A DNA stretch of 63,027 nucleotides, counting the filler, from Diploschistes diacapsis (taxonomy: Eukaryota), in the NCBI GenBank assembly GCA_023645945.1. It is 19 parts of 19 records of this genome, joined end to end, with 100 filler letters (N's around TTAATTAATTAA, not from the genome) between each part and the next. Parts side by side here need not be neighbours in the genome. Positions count along the whole stretch, not along the records: positions 25,598 to 45,753 come from JALAIB010000354.1; positions 45,854 to 47,084 come from JALAIB010003540.1; positions 47,185 to 48,415 come from JALAIB010003541.1; positions 48,516 to 49,745 come from JALAIB010003542.1; 15 more parts are not named here. The stretch is one strand, 5' to 3'. Shown here one piece after another: positions 36,455-48,854 of the stretch. The notes under the pieces are model-generated. The model was given only the letters and a program-made list of their open reading frames with translations, made no database searches and was not told where the DNA came from. The position numbers and the translations under genes are program-made. Numbering within the stretch: the stretch's first letter is position 1; every line of letters starts with the position of its first letter.

Positions 36455-39415
36455 TCAATTCGCTTTTAAAGGGACGTAGTCCATTTTCATAGCATCTGGT
36501 GGTGCCGTGGTCGTGGCTTCGGTCTCGGTCCCCACTTCAACTACTCCCGCGATATCCATACCGTCTTCTGATACCTTCTCTTGTGCCGACTCCTCCGAAA
36601 CCGATAGCAACGTCCTGCTCGCTTCCGTGAATGTGGGAGCGGTGGGGCTGCTAGTGTTTGCTTCCCTATCTTTTTCTTTGGCCACCCCTGGCGTCGCGGC
36701 TGTCGGTGTTTCAGGTTTCTGAAAGCTCGAGCCACGGCGGGAGATGTAATCGCCTAGCGAGAGTTTTTTCTTAATCGGAGAGGGCTGAACGGTACCAACA
36801 GAGAGCGAATGAGCCAAGGTGGTTGAAGGCGTTTGAACTATTGGGCACTGGCCAAGAGCTGAAGGTGTCGAAGACACTCCGTTAGTGAGAGGATTTGGAG
36901 GAAGCGTGACCCGCAAAGCAGTGTTTCTGAAGCCTTGTGGAGAAGCCATTGAGGGCCAAGTCAAGTCTTTTGCCAAGGGAGGCGGCAGGAATTGTACCGG
37001 TGGAGCTGGCCCTTCGGACGCGTCCTCAATACTTTTCGCTGGAGGACTGGGTGGTCGCGGCTTCTCTACTGGTGGATCCATAGGCAACCCAGGAGACGCA
37101 GTTGTTACTCCGTTGTGCATAATTGTGTCGCCATCTGAATCCTGAGTGCTCGAGACAGAAGCCGTTGGAGATGGGTTGCTGTGAGCGGCTGGGCTGTCTG
37201 GCATCTTAACGCTCAGTGTTTTCTCACTCTTTCTTTCGGTTTCCATTGTAACCTTTTCTTGATGGGCCTTCGTCAGTAACCGTTTTTTCAAGGACATGAA
37301 GGGTTTGTGGGGCAGTTCAAAGGTTGCCTGGGCAGCTGAGAAGCGATCTTCCGGATCGGGGTCTGTCTGCATTGAAGCATCCACATAAGTTGGCTTGGAG
37401 AATTGTGCATTGGCAGGGTTAGAGGTGGACGATGTCTTTGTAGCCGTCATTGGTATTGTGACGGGAGAGCCTAGTTGCTTGCTCACTGTGCTAGGTTCAC
37501 GAGAGCGGGACTTTATAGAATTGCTCGATTGTTTCTGCAAACCTTCGTCAACTTTGCTTCTCAGATGCGGACTGAAATCAGTTACTCCAACTGCTGTGGT
37601 TGAATTCACATTGGTCAACTGCCCGCTGACACGCTTCTTTTTCTTCTGAGCAGGTTGGTTCTTGTCTTGTTCCGCCCTTTCCATTGCAGCAATCTTCCTC
37701 TTATCTCGCTCTGATGCCTCTAGTCCAGGAACACGACCTTTGGTCTCACTATTTGACTGGTTTGCTGGAGTGATGTCTCGGCTTTGCGGTTTGCTTCGAG
37801 ACGATGTGGACGTAGAGTGACCGTCATCCATTTCGTCGCCATCTTGATACTTGATAGCCTCGCTACCTGACCTACTGGCGTTGCCGCGAGTCCCGCTATT
37901 TGCCAGAGCATGGTTGCCGCTCTTGCCGCCCTTCTTCGATTTGCCATTGGAGGTAGGTTGTTCCGAAGCAAGTAGGCGGAGCCGACGAGCCAAGTTGGAC
38001 ACCGAGCACTGATCTGGCATGCCGCAAGCGCACCCCCCAAAGTCTGCGAACACTTTGCTAAAATAGTCCAGCACATATCCTTCGTCGATTTCCGTTGAGC
38101 CTTCGGATTTGATTCCGCCTCCTAACTTCTGGGTGAAAGCGCGAACGTGCTCGTCCGTTGTCCATGGTATGGTCAGTTCCGACCCAGCCCCGATATCCTG
38201 GTTGGCCATAAAGCAGAAATGATACTCGCCGTGACCCTCCAAGATGGTTCTCATAGTAAGGTTCGGCTGACAGCTTCTCCTCAAGTACCGAAGAAGGGTT
38301 CCAGAATGTCTCGTGTCGATGTAGATTGGCAATGCAGGATGGAAGAATACGAAAGGCAATGGATGTCGTAGGTATTCCCATCGGTTTTCCTCGTTTTGAA
38401 CGTAGTCTTTCATGTAGCCTATATGACCACGAAGTTCTCCAACAAAACTGCCACATAAGAGATCAGAGTCCACAGTAAGATATACCCACTTCGCACATCG
38501 TCCATGGTAAAGCTTTTCTGGATCCTCCTTGCATTGCTTGTGTATCGAAGGGCGCGTCATTTCGTCCGTCGATTGATCGCTTCGAAGGAATACGTCCTGA
38601 TGTCCTCTACCGTTTGTGGCCTCCGCCAGAGCGTCCACGTCGTTCGACCATTCTGCAAGACTGCTTGCCATGGCTAGTGCAATGTGGACGTTGGCATCCA
38701 TGGAGGTCTCCCCCGGGTCATTGTCGTATAGATTCATGAATTCTGCACTATAAGGCTCGTAAGTGAACTCTAGCGTAGGGTGCGTGCTAGTTTTGGAAGG
38801 AGACGGAAGTGTGTGGGAGGCTGAAGCGGAGCGTCTAGACTGCGCGGGCTGTTTAATGTGCGCGTTGTGCGCAGTGATTGAGTTCGATGGTTTGTGACTA
38901 GATTTCTGTCGCTTTGTTGTTGGCTGTTCGCGCGCGTGGGTACCGATACCATTTCGAGGATATGCAATGTCGTTCTTGTCGGCCAAGACACCAACGGTAG
39001 GGTAAGCATCAAGCTTAATCTTCCGCTTGTGACTTTTTGCCGGTGGCTTCTTGATCTTCTTGTCACCAATGTCAATATCCATCCTCTTTGCTCTTTGTCT
39101 TTCGGTCGCCAGGCGAGCATCGAGCGCACGTGGCTCGCAGTCGCTGCAGTTATGGTTGTCATCCTTGCCAGGAACGTTGCCTGGTTCGTAGTAGCATTCA
39201 ATATGCTGCCACGTCTCGCATGTCTCGCAGAAGATGGTGTTGCCATCGTCATCCTGGAAGTCGCAAATACATTTTATGGTATACTCTTCATCCTCTTCAA
39301 CCGACGCGCCATTCAGAAGCTTCGGAAGTGGCTGCAGAGTGTCTGCATTTGTTCCAACGACTGACTCGAACAGAGGCACCTGATGCGAGTTGGAAAGCCG
39401 AGGGAGATCTGTCAT
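36455..39415 (-). CDS. SET3: PHD finger and SET domain protein (Set3/Set4/MLL5-like)
   Basis: PHD YTIKCIC..DDDGNTIFCETCETWQHIECY..C..C. SET region GELRG..LRHPLPFVFFHPALPIYIDTR.SGT..RYLRRSCQPN..GSELTIPW. C-terminal KKKLSLGDY. A short in-frame intron is probable near 37537-37590. Confidence 0.88.
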   Translation of the reverse strand: MTDLPRLSNSHQVPLFESVVGTNADTLQPLPKLLNGASVEEDEEYTIKCICDFQDDDGNTIFCETCETWQHIECYYEPGNVPGKDDNHNCSDCEPRALDARLATERQRAKRMDIDIGDKKIKKPPAKSHKRKIKLDAYPTVGVLADKNDIAYPRNGIGTHAREQPTTKRQKSSHKPSNSITAHNAHIKQPAQSRRSASASHTLPSPSKTSTHPTLEFTYEPYSAEFMNLYDNDPGETSMDANVHIALAMASSLAEWSNDVDALAEATNGRGHQDVFLRSDQSTDEMTRPSIHKQCKEDPEKLYHGRCAKWVYLTVDSDLLCGSFVGELRGHIGYMKDYVQNEENRWEYLRHPLPFVFFHPALPIYIDTRHSGTLLRYLRRSCQPNLTMRTILEGHGEYHFCFMANQDIGAGSELTIPWTTDEHVRAFTQKLGGGIKSEGSTEIDEGYVLDYFSKVFADFGGCACGMPDQCSVSNLARRLRLLASEQPTSNGKSKKGGKSGNHALANSGTRGNASRSGSEAIKYQDGDEMDDGHSTSTSSRSKPQSRDITPANQSNSETKGRVPGLEASERDKRKIAAMERAEQDKNQPAQKKKKRVSGQLTNVNSTTAVGVTDFSPHLRSKVDEGLQKQSSNSIKSRSREPSTVSKQLGSPVTIPMTATKTSSTSNPANAQFSKPTYVDASMQTDPDPEDRFSAAQATFELPHKPFMSLKKRLLTKAHQEKVTMETERKSEKTLSVKMPDSPAAHSNPSPTASVSSTQDSDGDTIMHNGVTTASPGLPMDPPVEKPRPPSPPAKSIEDASEGPAPPVQFLPPPLAKDLTWPSMASPQGFRNTALRVTLPPNPLTNGVSSTPSALGQCPIVQTPSTTLAHSLSVGTVQPSPIKKKLSLGDYISRRGSSFQKPETPTAATPGVAKEKDREANTSSPTAPTFTEASRTLLSVSEESAQEKVSEDGMDIAGVVEVGTETEATTTAPPDAMKMDYVPLKAN

Positions 39416-40324
39416 ACTATGACAGAGTTTCTCCCGGCCTTTCAAGAAACTCGTCGCGATATTAATCACAAGTGTCTGTGCCGTAGTCGCATCTCTTGCC
39501 TGTGAGAAATGAATGATGGGCTATTTGCGAAGCTCGTGAGGGTGTGAAAGTCGGTTTATGATTTGAGAAGGTTGCGTCAAGGTACGTGGCTCTTCTGAAT
39601 GTCGAGATTTTCATGAGCGCGAAAGTCGTCAAGGGCAAATATGAGGAACGCTGATGCCGAGATTGTTGTTTTCCTGGGTACAATGTCTTTCATTCGTCTG
39701 TCACAGAGGTGCAGAAGGAAAGAGAGAGAGAGAGAGCAGGAGGTACTCGGGGTCGAGGTTTGCAACGGGGTTGAACGAGTACAAAGGGTCTTTGGACGGT
39801 AATTGTTGTGTCCTGCAAGCCAGTAATACACGGGACCGATGGAGGGGATGAAGTAGAAGATGCGCAAATAAGTGGTCGAATAGAGAAGAGAACTTTGGTT
39901 AAAGAGAGAAAAGCATCCAGAACAGAGGAGAGAGGATGGAGAATGACGGAGAATTGGAAAATGGAGAATGGAGAATGGAGAACGGGCAAGAGATCGAGTG
40001 AGTGAGAGTTGAGGGAGTAGTAGCGACTTTTGCAGCGTGGAAGTTGGAAAGGGTTTAGTTTGGTTTTGGTTTTCTTGGGGTTTTCTCTAGTACATACTAC
40101 AACACATACAAAAGGTACCGGGTGGTGGGCAAGATAGCAGGTAGGCTTGCAGCATTTACTCGCTTTGTCACTGTTCATCTATTGATACTTTGTGTAGATA
40201 CTTTTTGAGGTATCTGGGCCTATGCAGTCTTTTTCCGCATAGATAAGATTTTGCCCTCCTGTACTTGGGTGGCTGGGCTTAAAGAAATACTCTGGGAGGT
40301 GAAGGAAGGAAGAAACTTTTCTGC

Positions 40325-40354
40325 GCCCTCTCCCTCTCCCTCTCCCTCTCCCTC
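40325..40354 (+). repeat. (CCCTCT)n microsatellite; a short (AG)n run also lies at about 39720-39737
   Basis: CCCTCTCCCTCTCCCTCTCCCTCTCCCTCT read directly upstream of SET3. Confidence 0.8.
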
Positions 40355-41298
40355 TTGCTGCTTCTGACTTGGGCTTTACTGCAACTACGTTATGCTAGTT
40401 TGGCCTTGCCTCGCGCACTGACACCTGTGCTAAGATGCTGCTAAAGGGATTCTTTGTAGCGTCTAAGCGGCCATTCGCTGTCGCACTGCACTGCGCAGGC
40501 CAGGTTCAACAGCAAGATACAGTAATCTTTTCGCGCGTGCATGGAGAGAACGAGTCAAAGCAGACTAGGAAACAACAGGCTTAGCAGTGAGTCTAGGTCT
40601 TCCTTACGAGCTTGAATTTTGGGAGCCCCCGAGGCTGGGCTTTTTTCTCTGCTGCTACTGTGCAACTCACAGCTGCTAGTCCTCCATACGCAATGGGAGC
40701 TCTCTAATCTCTACAAATGCGCTCTTGGCTTCGTTGTTCTCCACCGCTGATTTTGACTATCGCACCTTGTTGCAAAGTCCAACCCGTGGGTGCGGGTTGC
40801 GAACCCGCTTTTATTCCAGAGAGCCTGTTGTGCTGACCATGCCCTACATCATGCCCTTCCCTTTGTCGGCTCTGATCTGCATCCGTTGTCCTAGGCTCGA
40901 CCTTGCCCAATCCCCATTCTCTCCCCTCATCACCTTCAACTCTCACAAGCAGCACGATGGAGAGTTAATTCTTACTTCGCAGGCGGCTATACACAACACC
41001 AGATGACAGAAAGCACAAATACAGAATGCGCAGTTTGATCACAAATCCCAGCAGAATCACACGGCTACCTCACCATACGATCATGGTTTGGTCTTGCATC
41101 ACACTAATGCCTCATAGAGACACGGTATCGCATGACGTTTTCTCGGCTTGCAGCACATCGAATACTACCAGCAATTACTACTACCAGAACGCGCCCATTA
41201 CGTTAGAAAATCCAGCAAAACCACCTAACAATCACGATGAATCCTTTGCACAATAGATCACATTTGGAAGGGGATTTTTATATACATTGACGTCAGCG

Positions 41299-42737
41299 TC
41301 AAGGGAGTATCTTGAATGCCCGATTGTCTTGCTGAAATATCCACAGAGCTAGTTTGTGCCTGACAAATAGGCCTGCGAGACCAACACTTGTCTGCATTAA
41401 GAGAATACCCATGGCCAAACGGTCTTCGCGCATTGGCCCAAACCACACAAGCCATAGATTGAGTATCGTGAAATTGGAGGTCTCGAGAATCTCGCCCTTT
41501 GGGTTGACGTCGACCTGCAAGAGGTGGAACTTTCCTAGCATAAACAAGCCCTTTTGCAGTATGCCGGATGGAGGCTTCTCCCATATGGTCTTGGAGGGCT
41601 CCAAGAGCCCAGTCCTTGGATTAAATCGTGGTAGGCGATGTCGCGGGCAAGGCACAAGGTGAAATAGTTGGGGGGAGGAATATAAAAAGTTGAAAATCTG
41701 AGGAATGAACAAGAGAAGAAGCGTCTTGCTGAAGTGACCTAGAATGCCCACAATTGCGAAAACCATGCCGGCGAAATAACAGTACGTGTCTCCAACAAAC
41801 ACTCTTGCTGGATACCAATTGTGCCACCATAATGCAAGTGAGACTCCAATGAAGGGTAGCAAGAGATAGATCGAGAATAAATGTGAGTCTGTGGCCGGAT
41901 GCGGATAGGGTGTGAAGGGTCCAAGATACAGAGCATCATTTACCAGGAGCAGAAGAGCGATGACGATGGACTGCGAGACTTCGATGCCGTTGATTCCCGC
42001 AAGAATATTGATGCTGTTCGGGCAGAAGATGGCGATCGCGGCCATATAGGCATAGTACAACCAGCCAAGGTCCACCAGAGGCCCTATGTACTGTCGCAGC
42101 GGTAAAGGTACAACAACCTTGGTGACCCCAAAATCCACGAAGTAAACGACGAGGATGGGGATGGAAGCTATGGCGGGTATGAAAAGCTTATGCCGCCAAC
42201 GAATGTCGAAGAGGTCGTCTCCAATCCCAAGTATCACCACGGACTGTAGGGACAATATTCCAGAGAGATAAAGCGAGAGCTGCAGAGCATCAGCTTCACG
42301 GCGTCGCCGCTTACTCGGTCGCTTCTAACCTTGCTGTGGGGGAATTTGTGTAACAGTCTTCCAGTCTCTACCTGGCTCAGCTCCAGGACAACATCTCGAT
42401 TGCCGCCACCAGATGTCGCTGCCACTATGTCGTGATAGAAGGGCAAAGGGATGAAGAGAATGAGCGTAATCAAGTAGACTATCGCGCACACAGCACCCAT
42501 TGTCTCGGGAATATCTATTTTCTTTAGTTTTGACATATCCTTTCCCTTCAGGCCTGCTTCCATGAAAACCTCGCCCAACCATCGTATAAGACTGAATGTT
42601 AGGGAAAATGCAATGCCACTCAAAGCTATAGAGGCCACCAAAGGCTCGCCCTCGTGAACAGCCTTGAAAAGCACAGCGGCTGATGCTGCGGTAGTCGCAG
42701 CAAGCGTCAAGCTTTCTGTAGTCGTTAAAGCTCCCAT
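41299..42737 (-). CDS. ALG7: UDP-GlcNAc:dolichyl-phosphate GlcNAc-1-phosphotransferase (one intron)
   Basis: GLKGKDMSK..IPETMGAV, SGGGNRD, LGIGDDLFDIRWRHK, FCPNSINILAGINGIE, NWYPARVFVGDTYCYFAG, HFSKTLLL, PCPRHRLP. Confidence 0.95.
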
Positions 42738-43363
42738 CGCTGCAGTACCAAACAGATTACCCAGCCGAAGGGGACAACCTCAACACTCTTGAAGTGTCTC
42801 GCCTCGAACTCCAAGAATGATCCGTAGTTCTCTAAAATAGGCCATCCAGGAGGGCCTGGGTTAGAGTTGGAAGCCATTAGCCATACTTTACTTGAGCGTT
42901 GAGGAGAGGTGTCGAAATGCCCAAAAAAACAGTGCCAAGGCATTGACAAAGTCAACGCTTTACCTTTTCAGGGCGTCGATACTTGACAGGAACTCGCAAG
43001 GTCCTCTCGAGGCACAATCTTCCATGGTCCGAGGGGGTCGGCCATGACTTCAATTTCATCTTGTATTGTACATAGTTCTCGCTAGGCTTCAATGCCTCAT
43101 TCAAGAATTCCGATGACCCTATTTCTGGGCTATTGCAAAGAATGCAAGCGATTGAAAGGACTTCTTTTCCGCCAACTTTAGGCCCACATAAGAGTTCAAA
43201 AGGTCTTCAGGTTGACTACACAACGAATCCAAGATACTGGAAGCTTTCCCGGGACCTTTCCGGTTTATTCTATAGTTGATCTGAAGCACCCTTGCAGCTC
43301 TTGGGCGGCCATAAAGTGGTGAAAGAGGTAAATTTTTGTTAATACCGCCTGCTTGTCTCCAAC

Positions 43364-44708
43364 ATGTCCACTGCAACTACGGATCTTTTCGCCGATATTT
43401 GGCAGGTGGCCGCAATGGATTATGAACGAAACATGTGAAGCAAGCTTAGAGACTTCGATTTCAAAGGCTTCATAGCGTTGAGGAACTCCCGCGGACAATA
43501 GATGAGCAAAGCAAGAAGATGGAGCGAATTCCGTGCTAGAGAGGCAAGCTTTTCAAAGTAATGCAAAATGTGATGCTGCCGATCCAGATGGTAGGAGATC
43601 TCGCTCCCATAGGTGCAAGCGTAGTCTTTTCGCCTGGCACCGTTATCTTTGGCGCGGTATGCTACCTGATCGGAGCCGCGAAGAACGTCTCCCGTTCTTA
43701 CGAGGCGATTCAAGACCTGATGAGTATGCTGAAGGACTTCACTGTGCGCCTCGTGGTCTACAATTGCGAACGGGTACCGCCAGGGCTGCAAATGAAGCTC
43801 ACTGGCGTGTTTACTACCTTGCCCGAAGTCTTCGCCGTCTCCGAGAAAGTGATCAAGCGCGATAGGCCTCTCAGATTCTAGCCTCCTCCGGCACTTGGTG
43901 ATGGTCATGGTAAGGAAATTCGGGACTTGGTTAACAAGCTTGCAAAACTTACTCAAAGCAAAGACCGGCTTGTGGGTGCAGAGACTCACTCTGAAGTTAC
44001 AAGACAAGCTGGGGAAACGATCAAGCTGAACTAACCGAGCACCGTGCTTGGAACGTGGCATTCCCTGAATGGAAACCTGATAAGACATCGATGTGCTACA
44101 AGGCCCGTCTCAAGCATGCAATACAAAGTTTATCGGATGACGATCCAGATAATGATGCTGAAGGATATGCTGCTATGGCGGCAACTCTGCTCTACGCTTG
44201 GGACGTTGAAGGAGCTTTAGCAGTGTGGCTCTTACTGCCCGCGATATTATGGCCGTTTGTTCACAGACTACCATCATTCGATCCGGATCAAGCTGAAGCT
44301 GAGACAAGCGACAATGATGCCTGCACCAGTCTACAACCGGATGGAGAGGGGGAGCCACAAAGAAGTAGGAGAGGAAGCAGATGAGGCTGCAATTAAAAGC
44401 CTAGATGGCAAAGCTGCAACATGCGAGGATGTCGATGATGAATGGGACTACCTGACCTGCGACAGCGCCTGCTCTCGCGCACACCGTTTCAAATCGTCTG
44501 ATACCCTCTGGCTCTGCATCTATTGCTACGACACAGGATTTTGCGACAATTGCCTTTCAAGAATGACAAATTGCCCATCAATCCGTGCAGTTCAAATCAT
44601 GGGTGGGTACCGAGAGTTGAGCATATACCCGAGGGCAAAATGTTCGTTGGTGCGGAAGGAAATGAGTGGATGAACGTGGAAAGACTGGAAACCAGCACTC
44701 AAGAATAA
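43364..44708 (+). pseudogene. Internally deleted fungal NLR/STAND-like relic (Goodbye-like N-domain joined to a ZZ-like Cys-rich C-terminus)
   Basis: MSTATTDLFADIWQ..YE*, then VMLPIQMVGDLA..ASVVFSPG.VIFGAVCYLIGAAKNVSRSYEAIQDL..DFTVRL..Y. After about 44030 come LSDDDPDNDAEGY and CDSAC..WLCIYCYDTGFCDNCL..C..NH. Several stops and frameshifts; no P-loop visible. Confidence 0.65.
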
Positions 44709-45422
44709 TCTGGAAACTGGATGGAGCAATGGCGATGCCCTCGTCTGGTGAATACTATTACTACGACGCCAATTAAAAAAAAAAGGATAGGAATGGCGGA
44801 AACGTGGCTCATGCACAGATGCTGAGACGCTCATAAGGAGCTGTTGAGATAATGTGGTCATCGGGAAACCGTTAGGCAAATGCAAACTGAAAGGTTTCGA
44901 TGCTAGTAGGGTTCGTTCTTGAGTCTGAGGCTCAGGGGGCACCCTGTTATGGCAGTGGTTCAAGGCTAAAAGATTTTCCCCTTTTCGGCTTAAAGGAAAT
45001 AGTGATCCTTATTGGAATGATGATTGAGCTTAATGTAGACAGTGAGCTGTGTTACTGGGCTATTCTGCTTATATGAGCGACTCCTTGTATCCATATTTGT
45101 ACACGAGGTTAGAATGTGTATATAAATGGCTAGAAAGAAAACATCTCCTCTCATATCCCCAAAAAAAAATGAACATCATGTATCGTTGGTAAGTATGCCA
45201 ACTTCACTGACTTTCTCAAACTCATTTATCCCCGAAAGGCAGAATCCCAAGTTAAACAGCGTCCATATTCATTCGTTGTAGCACCAATCGACTTCTCTGC
45301 TCAGCTCTTGCCTACTTCTTTCGCTCCGAAAAATACTGATACCGACACCACAGTCAACATACGAAGCAACTCAAACCCCTCCCTCGCCATGATATAACAA
45401 CTACCCTCCTTTGTCCAACGCC

Positions 45423-45614
45423 ATGGCCCATGGATTCCGCCCCCTCTCCCACGCCAACAAGGAAGTCGTGCTTGCCGCCGACTTCAGCAAGACGGGCGAC
45501 CGCCTCGCGACAGGGTCTGCGGACCACCACATCCGCGTCTTCGAGCCGGGGGGGTTGGACGGCGAGTGGGAGCTGGTGGAGGAGTGGCGCGCGCACAATG
45601 CCGAAGTCACGGAC
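45423..45614 (+). CDS. SEH1: First exon of WD40 nucleoporin/SEA-complex subunit Seh1 (truncated by contig end)
   Basis: H..VLAADFSKTGDRLATGSADHHIRVF..WELVEEWRAHNAEVTD, followed by a GTGAGC donor. The contig ends at 45753. Confidence 0.72.
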
Positions 45615-45853
45615 GTGAGCTAGCCCCATCCGAGCCATGTCATTAATCCCCGAAATATACCTCCTATACCGTCCATTGCCTTCCCTTCCCATCCCTTCTA
45701 TCTTTATCCCTGGATAGATCTAATTCCCGCTAAACCCACCTACCAGCTAAAATNNNNNNNNNNNNNNNNNNNNNNNNNNNNNNNNNNNNNNNNNNNNTTA
45801 ATTAATTAANNNNNNNNNNNNNNNNNNNNNNNNNNNNNNNNNNNNNNNNNNNN

Positions 45854-46220
45854 ATATTAAGTTTATAACGTTTCGTAAAAAAAACCGAGAATAAAAAACG
45901 CTTCTTAATAATCGTAAAAAACGTAAATTAAATAAACAAATCGAATTAAAAGGTCGTTTTATATTTAATATAAACGAAGTTCTTAAAATAATAATTCGGG
46001 TTAAATCGAATTAAAGAGTTTCGAAACGATTTATAACGCGTAAAAAACGTCGTCGTGTTTTTAAAATCGAGAAAGATAAAAAGAAAAAAAATAGATTCGA
46101 TTTAGATCGATTAGATTCTAATTGCGACGAATAGGTTGTATTTAAAAACCGTAGAATGTTAGCGGTAATGATTTGAGGTGGCCGGAATCAGGGGGTGGCC
46201 GGAATCCCCGTGAAACACGT
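45854..46220 (+). mobile_element. pogo/Fot1-like transposon right end
   Basis: TIR GATTTGAGGTGGCCGGAATCAGGGGGTGGCCGGAATCCCCGTGAAACACGT followed by TA. The inner sequence is near-identical to 21700-21971. Confidence 0.8.
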
Positions 46221-46222
46221 TA

Positions 46223-46762
46223 TCTTTTATTTTTATGCTCGGGATAGTTGTATTCGAAGTTCTTATATTCGTTTAATTATTTATAATCGGGATGTTTTCC
46301 GTCGTTAATGATGAAAGTTTTTTTTAGAAGTATTCCTGTTTATTAATAACGCGGTTATTTATGCGGAACTCGTACGATGCGTCTTTATTTAAATTATTGT
46401 TTAAAGGTCCTCGAATATTTGATTTAGCGTTAGGAATTGGATAGCATATTTAAGTATATAAAAGTAAATGTTTTATGATTTTTTTGTATTTTATTGTATC
46501 GTTGTTTGAAATATCGTTATCTTTCGAAACTTGATTTATTTTTTAATACTATCGTCGGTAAGGACGTGGCTTCGGTATCTTTATTAGGTTGTGGTATCCG
46601 ATTCTATTGTAACTTCCTTCTAGGGGTATTTATCGAGCGTTAGATACTCTGTAGGGTAATTATTAATTACGTTGAGATGCTGATCTATCGTAGTTAGGGT
46701 ATCTTTCCTGGCGACTTTATTCTTTGATCTACAATCTCGGGCGAAGTGGCCTATCTTGCCAC
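46223..46762 (-). mobile_element. Retrotransposon gag remnant with zinc knuckle, interrupted by a TGTTAC-starting LTR at 46763
   Basis: The minus strand reads GKIGHFARDCR, the end of a CX2CX4HX4C knuckle, and is cut immediately before it. Confidence 0.6.
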
Positions 46763-47639
46763 TGTTACAATCCAGGTCACCGAGTGGTCACCTGGTACAT
46801 CACAGCTGGTCGGGCACTTCTCAGTCACTTCTTATATATAATCAACCACGGATACTAGGTTACGTAACTAATAGATATCTAACGATAAATATTTATCGGA
46901 AATAGATCTATCTAAATAATTATTTATTAATAATAGTTTTATCGTAACAGCCTTATTATCGATTTATTTCATTGTTTTATATTACCTTTTTCTTAAAAAT
47001 TGAACTTATTTTTATTAATATCTCGTGTTTACGTTATAGAAATAAAAATTATAATACTTAAACATCCTTTAAAATAAATATATCNNNNNNNNNNNNNNNN
47101 NNNNNNNNNNNNNNNNNNNNNNNNNNNNTTAATTAATTAANNNNNNNNNNNNNNNNNNNNNNNNNNNNNNNNNNNNNNNNNNNNATCTAATTATATTTAA
47201 GAAAATAAAATACAAAAAGATAGGTTTAAAAGTACGGCTACGTCAAAGAAAGAATATTAAAGATAATAAATTTTTAAATATTTTAATTACCGGAAAGATA
47301 CAGGACTATATTAAGATATAAAAATAACGGGATAGAAATTTCTTATTAAAAAAACTTATATAAAGTTCGTTATAAAACAACGAACTATTAAAAAGAAGGT
47401 CGTATATAAACATAAAAATAAGCGACAGACTTGATAGGGATAGTCCCCACAAGGTAGCTCCATTTAAGGAGGCCTGCTAGGTAGCTCTAGACAAAAAAAG
47501 ACATCCTACACCTCACAAATATCCCACTTAGGTATGCTGTTGACTACGAGATCACACTACATTCCCCTACTACACCACCTACGACTACCTACCTACTACA
47601 GCAAGGGAAGTCTCCCTAGACAGCGCGCCTTGTGTTTAT

Positions 47640-47856
47640 ACTATCACCTTCTTATTTAGATAGTTTCTTTTCTAGCTTTTCGAATCGAGACCTTTTACCT
47701 ACAGATGCCCAGCTACATGTAATCCTTCCGGATCAGGCCCAGCCCCCGGTAGTGTAGTATCCCATTCCTGCGCTGGCGTTTCACAGCTACACGTAATCCT
47801 TCCGGATCAGGCTCAGGCCCCGGTAGTGTAGCACCTATTCCTGTAGGGGCGTTCTA
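47640..47856 (+). mobile_element. Family A LTR 3' module ending at 47783, followed by a second partial copy of the same module
   Basis: ..CCCATTCCTGCGCTGGCGTTTCA|CAGCTACACGTAATCCTTCCGGATCAGG.. Confidence 0.75.
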
Positions 47857-48854
47857 AAAAGGAATAAAAAAGATACCGTGGGCTTAAAAATCTGAAACAA
47901 AGATTCAGCTTCGCCGACAAAAAATTATTAAATCGTAAATAACGCGAAAAAAAATAAACTAAAGATTAAACGATAATATCGTAGTATTAATATAAGTTAA
48001 ATTAACGACACGATCGAGGCTTAAAAATAACGGCGAGGAGATCGACGGTAAAAAACATATATTAAATATTAAAGGGGCTTTTATAAATATTAAACGTTAT
48101 ATCGCGTTTTTTTATTTATTTATATATAAATCTGTTAAAAAGTGGAAGTGTGGTGACTAAATAGGCAAGTAATGACTAGGGAAATAATGCTAAGTACAAT
48201 AGTAATGTATTACTATTGTAGGAGGTAATGAATGAAGATGAAGATGAAGATGGCGTTAGTAAAGATGGGAGGTAAGAGGTCTTTTATAGACACATTTCAC
48301 CTAACTAACGCCTAATGATTAATATACATTTAATCTCCGATAATGTTGGATTTATAATCCAACATCATGCGCCCCATAATCCAACATAATAATGGATCTA
48401 ATTTCCCCCTATCTCNNNNNNNNNNNNNNNNNNNNNNNNNNNNNNNNNNNNNNNNNNNNTTAATTAATTAANNNNNNNNNNNNNNNNNNNNNNNNNNNNN
48501 NNNNNNNNNNNNNNNAATAAAATAATAACGAATTTAACGAATTTCTAGTCTAATTCACGGCACTTATAACCGAGATAAAAATCCTTAAAGAAAATTAAAT
48601 ATTAAATATAAAAAAGAAATTGGCTTATCGTTTTTAAATTATCTTTTATAATCGAAATCCTAAAACGATCCGGAAAATAAAAAATAAACTATATATACTC
48701 GATCGATATATAAAAATAAATAACCGTAATAAAACAATCACTTTCGCGGTTAATATCCGAAATAATAGTTCGTACATTTCTCGCCTTCGACGGACTTACA
48801 AAGATCGTGGTAAGAAAGAAATTAAGATCTCCGTCGAAACAATTAACGATAAAT

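Noticed and set aside
40622..40647. Hairpin plus T-run resembling a rho-independent terminator
   Set aside because: The context is a eukaryotic intergenic region with no upstream bacterial-type or Pol III gene.
25598..45753. Functional gene cluster (ROT1 and ALG7 glycosylation/ER theme, or TF-led metabolite cluster)
   Set aside because: The genes are mixed housekeeping functions with no backbone enzyme, and ANP1 and ERP1 are on a different, unlinked contig.
47700..47783. HDV-like or hammerhead ribozyme in the conserved LTR 3' module (CCA TTCCTGCGC TGG resembles HDV P3/L3)
   Set aside because: I found no local P1 partner, P2 or P4, and no CUGANGA/GAAA core in the right order. A covariance-model search would be needed to revisit this.
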